Below are positions 51,001 through 60,730 of a stretch of DNA of 64,000 nucleotides, in pieces; the first letter of the stretch is position 1, and each line of letters opens with the position of its first letter. The DNA comes from Hydrolagus colliei (lineage: Eukaryota), in assembly GCA_035084275.1 (NCBI GenBank), contig CM068742.1, positions 37,386,001-37,450,000 on the forward strand. The letters run 5' to 3'. Under the pieces are notes generated by a model. That model worked only from the letters and a program-made list of their open reading frames with translations, did no database searches and was not told the origin of the DNA. A program made the position numbers and the translations under genes.

Positions 51001-53149
51001 CAAAACTTGTACATTTTGATATAGAACACATGGGTTGCATAAATTGAATTTTCAGCAGTAAAGAATAATGTATTGTTTTATAACAATGATTATGCTAGAC
51101 AAACCAAACAACAGGCTAACTTATACAAATACCTTTATGGCCAGGTCACAGTGCTCGCTGGCAGTGGTGAGCTGTTCAATATGTCTATCAACCTCCGCCA
51201 CTGATAAATTGCAGCTGCTTTTCTTCCTTCCACAAACCACACTCTCCAATCCAGTTAATACCCTCTGCAGTTCCGAGTTAAGGTCACTGCAGGTATCTAA
51301 CATAAAAAAAAGCATAAATAAACACATGTGAATTACTGGTGTCTACAACAGTCACAGTATTAACAACCTGTGACTAAAATTTGAAAAACGATCTTGCTTC
51401 AAAAGAATACATCCATGTGAAAGGTGCAGACAAATGTCAATCCTCAAATTTCACAAGCAACGAACAGACATTCAGAAAAGTAACTCTGACAACAGGACAC
51501 AGAATAACTAAGTGATCTAGCTTCCACCTTACTTTCTTTATGAGAAATGAAATAAAGTATATGGCAATTGGTTGAAGTTCATCCTGGTGGCTCAATAGTA
51601 TCAATAAAAGTGCTGTTTGGTTAAAATTATTTTGAAATTTTCAATAAAAAATTCTGTTCGGTGCACAAAGAAGACAAAAATGCCCCAAACTATTCTGTGT
51701 GTGACTTCTCCATACTGGATATTGTTGTAAAATGGATGTGCAAGTTGTACTGACATTTACAGCAAGATGCTTGGAAATAATGTGTTCTTATTTGCCACAG
51801 TAAATTACTTGCATACTTTGTTACTTTCATTGTAGAAACTCTATAAATACTCCCATTTTCACTTCCCCTTTTTTCCAATTGAACCCTAGATCTCAAGCCA
51901 AAGTATTTCAAGGAACAAAACAAGGTTGAACCAGAACAGAAGAGAAGCTCCATAATAAATCTCATATGAAAGTAGCAAAAAACAATTAAAAACTTCTACT
52001 GCAACATTTCAGTGTTAGAGGCGAGTTACTGTCCTCTCTTAAGTAACTTAATAAGAAGCAGCAGCTGTTACAACACAATGATGGATCACTAAAAAAAAAT
52101 GGAAGCAACATCTATTATCCCATGGAGAATTCTGTCACATTGCGCTAATGATTAAGTGGCAACAATATTATAAACAAGGAACTTTCTAAGATGGAGTTAT
52201 TTGAAAGTAATAGCTTTTTTTAAAAAAAAAAGAAGATATTTCTTTGTCTTTTAAACAGGAAACACAGCTGGGGGGGGTGGGGCAGGAAGGGCGTGAACTG
52301 GTCGCCCAGACTGGTTCAGTGAGTCTGAGGGAAAGAGATCCAGGAGGACAATGAGGCAAAGGGAGCCCTGGTCACAGATAGAGGACGTTGTTTGTGATTT
52401 TGACAAGCGCTGCCTCTGCACTGTGGGCAGAGTGGAAACCAAACTGCAGGGGCTCAAGAAGGGAGTGGAGGAGAGGTGTGACCGAAGTTGACCTGTAATA
52501 ATGTATTCCAGGACTTTAGCAAGAAGGGTAGGTTGGAAATTGGACAATGAGAGATTAGAGGAATTGAGGATTTTTTTTTGAGGATGGGTGTGATAATGAA
52601 ACAAATGATTTGGGCCAGACCTTTCATCCAATTTACATGGCATCCTGTTAAAGCGGCTTCCACATTTGCTGTTAATATAGTTTAATATGAAAATTATTTA
52701 AAACTCTATTCTGCAAAATTCAAACAGAATTAAGTTTGATTTAGAAAATTGTAGATTCTCTATTGAATGTATAACACTATTGAATGATAAACAGTGCATG
52801 TGCTAAAAAAAACTTTACTGCAAGTTCAACTTGTCAGATTGTTGCCTTTAAAAGCAACAATTGTTACCAAATGATGGAAAAGGTACTTTTTTGAAATGAT
52901 CTATTGAATATTTAATATTTATAATTTGTATTATACCACAACAACTCCAATAATTAAAAAACATTTTGCACATGTTCAACAATTTCTCAGATGGTATTTG
53001 GCTCACCTATGTCTGCAGATACCATGATAGACTGATTCTCTGGTACTGAGGCAGATGTTTGATCCTGGTCCACGCTCCTAGAATCTTCATTTGCCTCCTG
53101 CTGACTGTGACTAAGTTCTGAACGCAACTCTGAGTATTCATCTTCTTCT
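14892..53149 (-). CDS. MCC: MCC (colorectal mutant cancer protein), 3' part; 14 coding exons, 5' exons lie beyond the right edge
   Basis: Exons 53149-53007, 51296-51133, 49811-49605, 41561-41415, 41073-40984, 39276-39128, 37845-37705, 37300-37200, 33382-33199, 29496-29262, 22679-22473, 19225-19128, 16823-16701 and 15072-14892 join in frame through GT-AG introns. The translation follows human MCC as recalled, from (R)EEDEYSELRSEL to RPQTNETSL*. Confidence 0.97.
16701..16823 (-). CDS. MCC: MCC exon EKKLKSRVQELVTALERMTKSSEVRHQQSAEFVNDLKRAN(S)
   Basis: acttgcag|AGAGAAG ... AACAG|gtattg; 123 nt. Confidence 0.95.
17887..18460 (-). mobile_element. L2 3' fragment
   Basis: IQNSAARSLTCTKLRDHIAPTLVRLHWLPFPQRIEFKIL; (TTG)n tail. 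Confidence 0.88.
18510..18800 (+). mobile_element. Degraded CR1 RT fragments
   Basis: cctggcaactacagacccattagcctgacctca (PGNYRPISLTS); agtggtatcccccaggggtcag (SGIPQGS); GDDTK. Confidence 0.75.
19128..19225 (-). CDS. MCC: MCC exon ECGEGGTHAVTLAELRTYNDSELALELTNALR(R)
   Basis: ttcttatcag|GAATGT ... AGAAG|gtgagt; 98 nt; most diverged exon relative to human as recalled. Confidence 0.92.
21465..22200 (-). mobile_element. Old L2 fragment interrupted by a SINE tail (about 21830-21948, +)
   Basis: VHTFITS...LHLIQKSATHILTCT on the - strand; canonical SINE tail inserted in the middle. Confidence 0.65.
22473..22679 (-). CDS. MCC: MCC exon EEMAELKAQLYLMEKEKKALELKL...GKDKPAK
   Basis: ccattcaaag|GAGGAAATG ... 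GCCAAA|gtaagc; 207 nt. Confidence 0.95.
23655..23825 (+). mobile_element. CR1 3' fragment
   Basis: YNILNGIEKVNPDHYF...FRTGTRKIFF...VMNDCN resembles the CR1 ORF2 C-terminus. Confidence 0.7.
24094..24454. mobile_element. Tc1/mariner (Tigger/pogo-like) MITE
   Basis: TA|caatagaagcctgtttatcc ... ggataaacgggcttctactg|TA; about 20-bp TIRs and TA TSD. Confidence 0.8.
24490..24905 (+). mobile_element. L2 3' fragment
   Basis: ctacactggctcccc...ttcaagatcctc; tail gcaatttgttgtt. Confidence 0.7.
26426..26797. mobile_element. Second copy of the Tigger/pogo-like MITE family
   Basis: TA|cagtaaaaacttgtttatctgg ... ccggataacaaaggttttactg; internal sequence gcgcatgcacacttattaaacttac is shared with 24094-24454. 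Confidence 0.78.
27158..28094. mobile_element. Non-autonomous Tigger-like DNA transposon (about 0.94 kb)
   Basis: TA|caggtatcctgccccaactgcgg ... ccgtggttgggaggaatacctg|TA; imperfect TIRs and TA TSD; no transposase ORF recognised. Confidence 0.75.
28135..28340 (-). mobile_element. SINE, 5'-truncated, inserted in the CR1
   Basis: aataataatccttgcatttgatatagc...gtcccacaaacag...aacttgccca. Confidence 0.82.
29262..29496 (-). CDS. MCC: MCC exon TTSSTASSCDTEFTKEDEQRLKDY...MQELMAMK
   Basis: tttttgtag|CACTACA ... ATGAAG|gtgagc; 235 nt. Confidence 0.96.
29625..29990 (+). mobile_element. tRNA-SINE, long subtype
   Basis: A-box gcttagtggttagagc; extra segment ctgtttacctatttaagtaggaacctggttgttagtcgatt; canonical tail. 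Confidence 0.8.
30240..30505 (+). mobile_element. L2 3' fragment
   Basis: STIGGFAFNHHAPKL...FFKTHLKTFFF. Confidence 0.75.
30590..30915 (-). mobile_element. tRNA-SINE, long subtype
   Basis: Reverse complement of head, aatcgactaacaaccaggttcctactt segment and tail. Confidence 0.78.
33199..33382 (-). CDS. MCC: MCC exon DENGEENITLMLKRAHDCRKTAENAAK...WESLSSHSHT
   Basis: ctatctag|GTGATGAA ... ACCAG|gttggt; 184 nt. Confidence 0.95.
37200..37300 (-). CDS. MCC: MCC exon EQCIEAYELLLALAESEQGLILGQFRAAGVGSV(G)
   Basis: atgtttgcag|TGAGCAA ... TCTGTAG|gtaggt; 101 nt. Confidence 0.93.
37705..37845 (-). CDS. MCC: MCC exon RIEHLKSQNDLLTITLEECKSNAERMSMLVGKYESNSTALRLALQY
   Basis: ctcttgcag|TCGAATT ... TACAG|gtaaat; 141 nt. 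Confidence 0.95.
38390..39115 (-). mobile_element. Old L2 internal fragment
   Basis: ctgtggagttcagtatggt; gaggcagaca; gtgcatctgcttacac (degenerate YADD region); heavily mutated. Confidence 0.5.
39128..39276 (-). CDS. MCC: MCC exon VSSSVAEHLAHSLQDCSNIQEIFQ...ETERLN(S)
   Basis: ccttccacag|GTATCC ... AACAG|gtaaaa; 149 nt. Confidence 0.95.
39890..40100 (-). mobile_element. tRNA-SINE
   Basis: gagtgctctaaccactgagctacagga (reverse complement of head); cagtgtcccacaaacag. Confidence 0.8.
40984..41073 (-). CDS. MCC: MCC exon VAERVKLSKTRSESSSSDRPVLGSEISSIG
   Basis: gatcacaag|GTTGCT ... ATTGGT|gtaagt; 90 nt; not in the ORF track, read manually. Confidence 0.93.
41415..41561 (-). CDS. MCC: MCC exon VRELQTRLQSIQASGPASPGR...NDIPIAK
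   Basis: ttaatgcag|GTGCGA ... GCGAAG|gtgagt; 147 nt. Confidence 0.95.
44165..44360 (+). mobile_element. L2 ORF2 fragment
   Basis: NSLLIGLPSSSLPKLQIIQNSAARVF...WLHWLPIPQRI. Confidence 0.85.
44875..46096. mobile_element. Non-autonomous hAT element, copy 1
   Basis: TSD GTTTCTAC (44867-44874 and 46097-46104); TIRs TAGGGTCCGGCGATAT / ATATCGACGGACCCTA; subterminal ATATCG arrays; internal GGGGGAGAGAGACGGCT minisatellite. Confidence 0.9.
46460..46775 (-). mobile_element. tRNA-SINE inside an old antisense CR1 3' end (about 46130-47130)
   Basis: Near-complete SINE; flanks carry CR1-like ggccactcggccc, ggcagcaagttcca and acaatactccagctg. Confidence 0.75.
47370..47440 (+). mobile_element. Charlie1/MER3-like hAT terminus
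   Basis: tagccactagccacatgtggc...tgtggcta is the hallmark subterminal motif of Charlie1-type elements as recalled; the other end was not found. Confidence 0.45.
48620..49480 (-). mobile_element. L2 3' fragment (about 0.86 kb)
   Basis: FDPQLSFLRHIDAMTRSAF...EPITAILAQLHWLPITQRIQFKIL; (TTG)n tail. Confidence 0.88.
49605..49811 (-). CDS. MCC: MCC exon TVEEIEGVLGHDFYPSL...EERDRLRRR
   Basis: tcttaatag|ACTGTT ... CGGAGG|gtaaga; 207 nt, phase 0 to 0. Confidence 0.95.
51133..51296 (-). CDS. MCC: MCC exon TCSDLNSELQRVLTGLESVVCGRKK...HCDLAIK
   Basis: tttatgttag|ATACC ... ATAAAG|gtattt; 164 nt, phase 1 to 0. Confidence 0.95.
52300..52650 (-). mobile_element. L2 RT N-terminal fragment
   Basis: IITPILKK...PISNLPFL / LAKVLEYII / LCLIVLLDL; frameshifted. 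Confidence 0.75.
53007..53149 (-). CDS. MCC: MCC exon (R)EEDEYSELRSELSHSQQ...IMVSADI(D)
   Basis: ttattccacag|AGAAGAAGAT ... ATAG|gtgagc; 143 nt, phase 2 to 1. Confidence 0.95.
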
Positions 53150-53334
53150 CTGTGGAATAAACACACCACTTAGCATTCTTGAGAGATGATAGCATTCAGG
53201 AATTTCTGACTTTAATTAGAGACAGTGAAGGTTAGGAAGAAAGGGAAAAACCCAGGGGCAAAGAGGAGAGACACACACAAATAAACAGAGAGGTAGACAG
53301 ACAGAGAAAGTAACCCAGTCTAGACAAAATAGTA

Positions 53335-53690
53335 ACAATTCTTACATTTGATGAACTGCCTCACCACATAATCAAAGACATCTCAGAGCACTGTATTCAG
53401 CAACAGTGTATTTGTATACAGCAGCTAAATTGCACACAGCGAAGTCCCACAAACAACCATGAAGTAAATGTCAATATTTTATCTGGAGAATTGTTGGCCA
53501 GGACATCAGGAGAAACTCCCTTGTCTTTTTTGAATAGTGTGTGCAATCTTTAATATCTCATCTGAACAATGGCAAGTCCAACAATGCAGTGATTCTCCAC
53601 AACTGGACTAGAAAAAGCTTCAGCCAAGATTATGAGTTCTGTCTACTTCTAATTCACAGGCAACCAACAACTGAGCCAGGCTGACAAGAT
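53335..53690 (-). mobile_element. Ancient Deu-domain SINE relic
   Basis: gcacacagcgaagtcccacaaac...ttggccaggacatcaggagaaactccc...gaatagtg...tctcatctgaa...caatgcag...cagccaagattatg...actgagcca. Confidence 0.65.
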
Positions 53691-54289
53691 CAACAATAAC
53701 GTACATTTTTATAGTGTTCCTTCATGCCGGACAACATCTCGGAGTGAGATCAATGGCAAATGTTAGGCTCTTTTTGAATTAAAAGTTGGTGCAATAAAGA
53801 TTTTTAATAATAGGATTGTCCCATATCTTTCTTAGGGTAAAAATAAAACTTTACCACTTTTCCAGTCTTCTGTTTTTGTAAATATAAAAAAGTTACAAAA
53901 ACACTTTCCAAAGTTGGCAGCAAGTGAGATATTATAATTGTAGATAAAATGTAATTGACATGACTTCCATGCACTTAACAGTCATTTCTATTAAAATAAT
54001 AAAATATTAATTTTGATGTTTAATTTTTACTTGTTATAAATAAAACACATAATGGCTAAGTGGAGACGCAAGCTAGAAAACTGAGTTTAAATAGCAGCTG
54101 GCCCCTATACTTAATTGATTTGTTTTACTTATCCCAAGAAAAACATCTTATGACTAGCTTCAATTGCGAATTTTTAATCATATCCTAGCTTTTCAAAATA
54201 TAAAACTGCTGAGATACATCATAAATTTGTATCAATAAAATCATATTCAATGCAGGAAAATAAATGTTTTTAAAAAAGTCTGTGGTAAC

Positions 54290-55237
54290 TAGGGAACGGC
54301 GATATATCGGTATATCGCTAAAACCCGATATGATTTTCATATCGATATGCCGATATAGACATTTTAAAAATATCGATATATCGAAAAACGATATATCGAG
54401 GTAAAAAATCGGGATGCGAGCACAATCAACTACAAGACCCAGAATGCTCATCTCTATACACAATGCACAGACCAAGGTGCAAAGCCGCCATCTTGTATTC
54501 ATAGTCCTCGAATACAATATACAGGTATGCAAGGGGTGGGGGGAGAGAGACGGCTGTGGGTGGGGGGGGGAGTGAGGGGGAGAGAGACTGCTGGGGGGGG
54601 GGGGGGGGGGGGAGAGAGACGGCTGGGGGGGAGGAGAGGGGGAGAGAGACGGCTGGGGAGGAGGAGAGTGGGAGAGAGACGGCTGGGGGCGGGAGAGAGA
54701 CGGCTGGGGGGGGGGGAGAAGAGAGACGGCTGGGGGGAGGGGGAGAGAAACGGCTGGGGGGGGAGGGAGAGCGAGACGGCGGGGGGGGGGGGGGGGGAGG
54801 AGAGGGGGAGAGAGACAGCAGGTGGGGGAGGGGGAGAGAGACGGCTGGGGGGGGGAGGGAGAAAGAGAGGGCTGGGGGGGTGGTGGGGGAGAGAGACGAC
54901 GGGGGTGGGGGGTGCGAAAGAGGGACGGCAGGAGGTGGCAGAGAGATGGGGTGGATGTGATAATATACAGATAGATAGAGATGGGGGGGGATGTGAGAGG
55001 AGAGAGGGAGAGAGACATAGAGAGACACAGACAGAAAAACACAGAGATGGAGAGAGTGAAAGACAGAGAGAGAAAGATATTTACCTCCTGAGAAGATAGG
55101 CCCCGAATGCGCGCGCACTCCGATGCGCATGCGCCTGCGCAGTACGAAAAAACTAAAAATATCGATATTTCGGTATTTCTCGATATGAGCCAACCGATAT
55201 ATCCATATCCGAAAAATTCCCATATCGCCGTTCCCTA
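54290..55237. mobile_element. Non-autonomous hAT element, copy 2
   Basis: TSD GTGGTAAC (54282-54289 and 55238-55245); perfect 16-bp TIRs TAGGGAACGGCGATAT / ATATCGCCGTTCCCTA; internal sequence collinear with copy 1. Confidence 0.92.
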
Positions 55238-55519
55238 GTGGTAACTACTCAAAGTGTAAAACCTTTCTTTTTTAAAAAAAAATCAGGCTTCCATTCTAAC
55301 TTCTAATCAAAGAGAAACAAAGGCAAGCGACAGTGGAAACATAAAGTGAACCCCAGGCAATTAATGATGCCAAGAAAATTCCTCAGCCAAATTAACAAAA
55401 CTGTGCTTAAGTGTGAGTGACACTCAAGGTTTACTCCCTCGTTACAATTACTGCTTAGATATCCTTTGAAGGCAAAACAAATCTGTTGTTAAGTTACAAT
55501 AACAACTTTATGTGGTGAT

Positions 55520-55880
55520 TTAATAATAATAATCCTTGCATTTGATGCAGCACTTTATCAAGTCTTCAAGACATCTAAAATCACTTCACAAAATATAAGG
55601 TGAAGTGAATTGACTACATTTTTATGGGCGAAAAGCGACAGCCAATTGTACACAGCAGTGTCCCACATAAAGTCAGGGATTGCGTGACTAAATTATTGTT
55701 TTTAAGGGATTACTACCCTTGGAAAAGCGTTCCACCAATAAACTAATAACTTAGGTGCTAGATAAACAGAGCCGTATGGAGCAAGGAAACTTGCCCAATG
55801 ATTCGCCCTTCCCGGGAATCGAACCCAGGTCCTCTCGCTTGCGAGGCGAGTGATCTCAATACTAAGATACAGGACTCCAC
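55520..55880 (-). mobile_element. tRNA-SINE, long subtype
   Basis: B-box gggaatcgaaccc on + (GGTTCGATTCC on -); gataaacagagcc segment; tail. Confidence 0.8.
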
Positions 55881-57139
55881 AACTAATTTAATTGTATTTT
55901 CAGATTATTGATATGACTAGCACTACAAGTTACTTTCTTCTCAGGTTTTCAGGTCAGGCTTCTATGTGCCCTACAATTTCTAGTGAAAATTGCATCACTT
56001 TGCCTTTGGGAATAGACAACTCTCTTTAAAACCCTTTTAGGCATTTTACCTCAAACATTGTAAGCACCAAATTAGTTGCAGCTGTTTACTGATAAAGGCT
56101 ACACAACCCAGACAACCTGTCTTTGCCTGGTTCATTTGGGAGTTTAGACAATTAGATAATACTTGGCTTGACCTCTTAACTCTTACTTCACTTTGTATTT
56201 TCTGGCCCAACAGAAATTGATGCAAATCTGCAGGTCATTTAATGCAGCATCTTCTAATAAGTTAAATCTGAAAGCAAATATTCAAACAGAAAATACTGTC
56301 TACTAGAGATATGTAATATTAATTTCAAGTCATTACAAACTTACAATCTATAAAAAGAGCTGACAATGAAACAATCCATCTTCTTCAATGTAACTTAATA
56401 TTCTACATGAAGTATTTTGTATGTTTAATTTATTAATTCCATAGCATTGCATAGAATGCTACATTAAGGGAGTACGCCATTCATTTTAACTAATCCAAGA
56501 CAGTGTTTATATTCCACATAAAACTCCACACCACCTAATCTCCTATTCCCATCTCCCGCATGTATGCATCAAGTTCCCTCTTAAATATGTTGATGCTTGT
56601 CAAATGGACCATTTGTGATTACTCATTTGAGAATTGATGTGATAAGAGAAATTGTGGTGAGATTAAAGAAATCTCACATGCCATTTTGCTCCCCTACAGT
56701 TTAAAATAATAGTATTTATTTGCTTGGTAATCATGCTGTAAGTACAATTCTCCCAAGCATGCTGTTTTTCTAAAGGTGTCAACGTAAACAAGACGTGCAA
56801 TTCCACGGGCTCCACAGATGTTGGTAGAGTGGGGTGGAGGGTGCAGAGGGGAAAAATTATGGGAGCAGTGTCCATTTGTCTCGCCACAAATGAGGAGGGT
56901 AAGACCTAAGAAAATGCACTACATTGATTTGTGTTCCAGGGGATGGGCCAAAAGAGCATTGCCAAAAGAGTCATGTCATGACCGGGGCCAAAAGAAAATT
57001 GCGGACATATTTACCCAATATTGCAGGGAAGTTTGCAGAATTGTTGAGAAATTTGGCATATTCTGCAGTGGTTTGTGGGGGGGGGGGGACTGTTGAGCTT
57101 TACAATAATAAAAAAATTTCAGCACAAAAAGAGACCATG

Positions 57140-57312
57140 CCAGATAATAATCCCACCACTTCAATCCATGACTGTTTGTTGGACACTGCTGTGAGCAATT
57201 GGCTGCCGCATCTCGCCTGCAATTAATTATACAATCAATTCACTTTACAGTATATTCTGTGAGATGTCTAGAAGACATGAAAAGCGCTATATCAAATGTA
57301 AGGATTATTATT
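57140..57312 (+). mobile_element. SINE 3' half
   Basis: tcaatccatgactgtttg...aagcgctatatcaaatgtaaggattattatt. Confidence 0.78.
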
Positions 57313-57907
57313 GAGAGGTGCATTTACTGCCTGCCTATATTTTATCACTTTATTGATAAAGACTAAACATGAAAAAAATCACACATTCGATTGTTGCAAA
57401 AATAAATTATTAAAGCTTTCTTGAACATAAACTGGGTGGTCCACCCAGGGGACAGGAGAACCCGAGCGCAGGCCGAATAGTCCATTTCCACCACGCATTA
57501 CACTTCCAAGGCAGCATACTGACTGCGGGGTTCCAGATCATCACCTCCTGCCTCTCGGGGCTGTCCCTTCACACAGATACACACACTCACCGTCATAGAG
57601 ACGGTTGTGGTTGTAGCAGAGGAAGCACTACATCAAATACAAGGATTATTATTATTATTGGTAGCAGAAGAGGCTGTTGGTAGCGGTAGTGGGCGTGTAG
57701 CCGAGGAGGGCGTTTGTAGCAGAGGAGGATATTTGTTGAAGTGGTAAGTGTTTGTAGCAGAAGAGATGGTTCAACTCACTGCTCGGTAAACAGAGGCGGG
57801 TGGAAACTTGCCTTGGGTTTTGCTTTGCCCGGCATTTGAACCCGGATCCTCTCACCTGCAAAGCTAACTCTCTAACCAATAGGCTACAAAACACTTTAAA
57901 TACCATT

Positions 57908-58145
57908 TACAACAGCAACAAAATTACATTTATAGTGCGCTTTTCACATGGAGATTTCCCAAGGCGCTGAACAGTTAGGGGTCGGGACCCAAGCATGGGG
58001 GGAGGGGCAGGGTGGGGAGGGAGAGTGGTGGGAGGACGGCAGAAGGCGCAATCAAAAAGGAGAGTCTTGAGACCGGCCTTGAAGGAGGCAGGGGAGGAAG
58101 AGAGGCAAGGGCACTGTGGGATGGAATTCCAGAGTATGGGAGCAG
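57908..58145 (-). mobile_element. L2 3' fragment
   Basis: APILWNSIPQ...ASFKAGLKTLLFD; tail. Confidence 0.8.
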
Positions 58146-58327
58146 TCACTCCATCTTGTAATGCATCTTGTAAAGCATTTTGAGATCTCCTCCCAATGTG
58201 CAAGGTGCTAAATCAAATGCAGGCATTATTATACTATTATTGACACTAACCTGTTCGTAACGGAAGTCTAATTTTTTACCCTATCTAATAGGATTGAATC
58301 TAGGAGCTAAAAGCTGTTTTGTTCAAC

Positions 58328-59865
58328 TAGGGTCCGTCGATATGGAAATTTTCCGATTTAGATATATCAATGGGCTCATATCAAGATATACCGAAATATT
58401 GATATTTTCGGGTTTTTTGTACTGCACGCGCATTCGGAGGTGCGCGCGCATTCGGGGCCTATCTCCTCAGGAGGTAAATATCTCTCTCTGTGTCTCTCAC
58501 TCTATCTATCTCTCACTCTATCTATCTCTCACTCTATCTATCTCTCACTCTATCTATCTCTCACTCTATCTATCTCTCACTCTATCTATCTCTCACTCTA
58601 TCTATCTCTCACTCTATCTATCTCTCACTCTATCTATCTCTCACTCTATCTATCTCTCACTCTATCTATCTCTCACTCTATCTATCTCTCACTCTATCTA
58701 TCTCTCACTCTATCTATCTCTCACTCTCTCTATCTCTCACTCTCTCTATCTCTCACTCTCTCTATCTCTCACTCTCTCTATCTCTCACTCTCTCTATCTC
58801 TCACTCTCTCTCTCACTCTATCTCTCACNNNNNNNNNNNNNNNNNNNNNNNNNNNNNNNNNNNNNNNNNNNNNNNNNNNNNNNNNNNNNNNNNNNNNNNN
58901 NNNNNNNNNNNNNNNNNNNNNNNNNNNNNNNNNNNNNNNNNNNNNNNNNNNNNNNNNNNNNNNNNNNNNNNNNNNNNNNNNNNNNNNNNNNNNNNNNNNN
59001 NNNNNNNNNNNNNNNNNNNNNNNNNNNNNNNNNNNNNNNNNNNNNNNNNNNNNNNNNNNNNNNNNNNNNNNNNNNNNNNNNNNNNNNNNNNNNNNNNNNN
59101 NNNNNNNNNNNNNNNNNNNNNNNNNNNNNNNNNNNNNNNNNNNNNNNNNNNNNNNNNNNNNNNNNNNNNNNNNNNNNNNNNNNNNNNNNNNNNNNNNNNN
59201 NNNNNNNNNNNNNNNNNNNNNNNNNNNNNNNNNNNNNNNNNNNNNNNNNNNNNNNNNNNNNNNNNNNNNNNNNNNNNNNNNNNNNNNNNNNNNNNNNNNN
59301 NNNNNNNNNNNNNNNNNNNNNNNNNNNNNNNNNNNNNNNNNNNNNNNNNNNNNNNNNNNNNNNNNNNNNNNNNNNNNNNNNNNNNNNNNNNNNNNNNNNN
59401 NNNNNNNNNNNNNNNNNNNNNNNNNNNNNNNNNNNNNNNNNNNNNNNNNNNNNNNNNNNNNNNNNNNNNNNNNNNNNNNNNNNNNNNNNNNNNNNNNNNG
59501 TCTCTCACCCCCGTCTCTCCCCCTTCCCCCCCCCCCGCTGTCTCTCTCTCCCCCCCCACCCACCCCCGCCGTCTCTCTCTCCCCCCCTCACCCCGACCGT
59601 CTCTCTCCCCTTGCATACCTGTATATTGTATTCTAGGACTATGAATACAATATGGTGGCTTTGCACCTCGGTCTGTGCATTGTGTATAGAGATGAGCATT
59701 CTGGGTCTTGTAGTTCAGTGCGCGCGCATTCCGATTTTTTCCTTGATATATCGACTTTTTTCATATATCGATATTTTTGAAATATCTATATCACATATCG
59801 ATATGAAAATTATATCGGATATAACCGTCCATATCACTGATATATCGATATATCGCCGGACCTTA
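58328..59865. mobile_element. Non-autonomous hAT element, copy 3 (opposite orientation; contains gap 58829-59499)
   Basis: TSD TGTTCAAC / TGCTCAAC (1 mismatch); TIRs TAGGGTCCGTCGATAT / ATATCGCCGGACCTTA; shared internal blocks in reverse complement. Confidence 0.87.
58495..58828. repeat. 14-bp tandem repeat (TCTCACTCTATCTA)n inside hAT copy 3
   Basis: Direct inspection; the array runs into the N gap. Confidence 0.9.
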
Positions 59866-60730
59866 TGCTCAACTACTCAAATGATTAAATGTATAGTTAG
59901 GGGCGGGGGAGGGGGAGAGGCGAATCCAAAGACACTCTTCAAGCGGTGTTGGCAGAAAAGTTACTAAACTTGCAAATTAAATCTGTTCATTAAATCAAAA
60001 AATATACTTATCGAAAAACGTGAGATTATATTGCTCTACCAAACATACCATGTCAGACCTAAGCAGTCTGGAGATTAAAATTTGCAATATACTGTACATA
60101 AGATAGCTTAGTTAATGATACAGAATCATTCCACAGGTTCACTATCATACAGACAACTGATCTCTTGAATCGTCCTGGAGAAGGTACATTAATATATTCA
60201 CACACATGCATTTGCATACATGCGCGCACGCTCACACACAATGTGAAGAAACTATCCAACGGAATAAGAAAATAAATTTAGCTTTTTGATTAAAAAATTA
60301 AAATATAAAATACACAGAATTTTGAAACAAATCACTCATACAATTTACTCAAGTGCAAATTTTAAATGACAGCAAGCGCTGCTGATTAACACCACATTTC
60401 AAAATGAATGACATTCCCATACATTCTTACGTTCCGTCTGCAACTGTGATAGATGATTAAGTTTAATGATTTTTTGAGAAAGGCAAGGAGAATATGAGAT
60501 AAACTAGACTGCTCTTCATAACAACAGTTAATGGTGCATGACAGAATGGCATTTTATTCACTAAGGGTTTCATCCCCTCAGATCAGCTTCTTGAGAACTA
60601 TCTAGATGTCATGTCTGGGAATAGATAGAGTCTTAATGCAGTACCATCTGACTGCTCATTTAATCATTTTCATTAATTTTAGTAAAGGCAGGTTTTCCCA
60701 TTTATCTAATACTGTAACTATTTACATGGA

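Noticed and set aside
58495-58828. Regular repeat arrays as CRISPR-like structures
   Set aside because: Head-to-tail tandem repeats with no unique spacers, in a eukaryotic context.
44816-59967. Large ORFs at 44816-45996, 54185-55223 and 58294-59967 as possible transposases or novel proteins
   Set aside because: They span minisatellites and gaps within non-autonomous hAT copies; no BED finger, DDE or dimerisation motifs.
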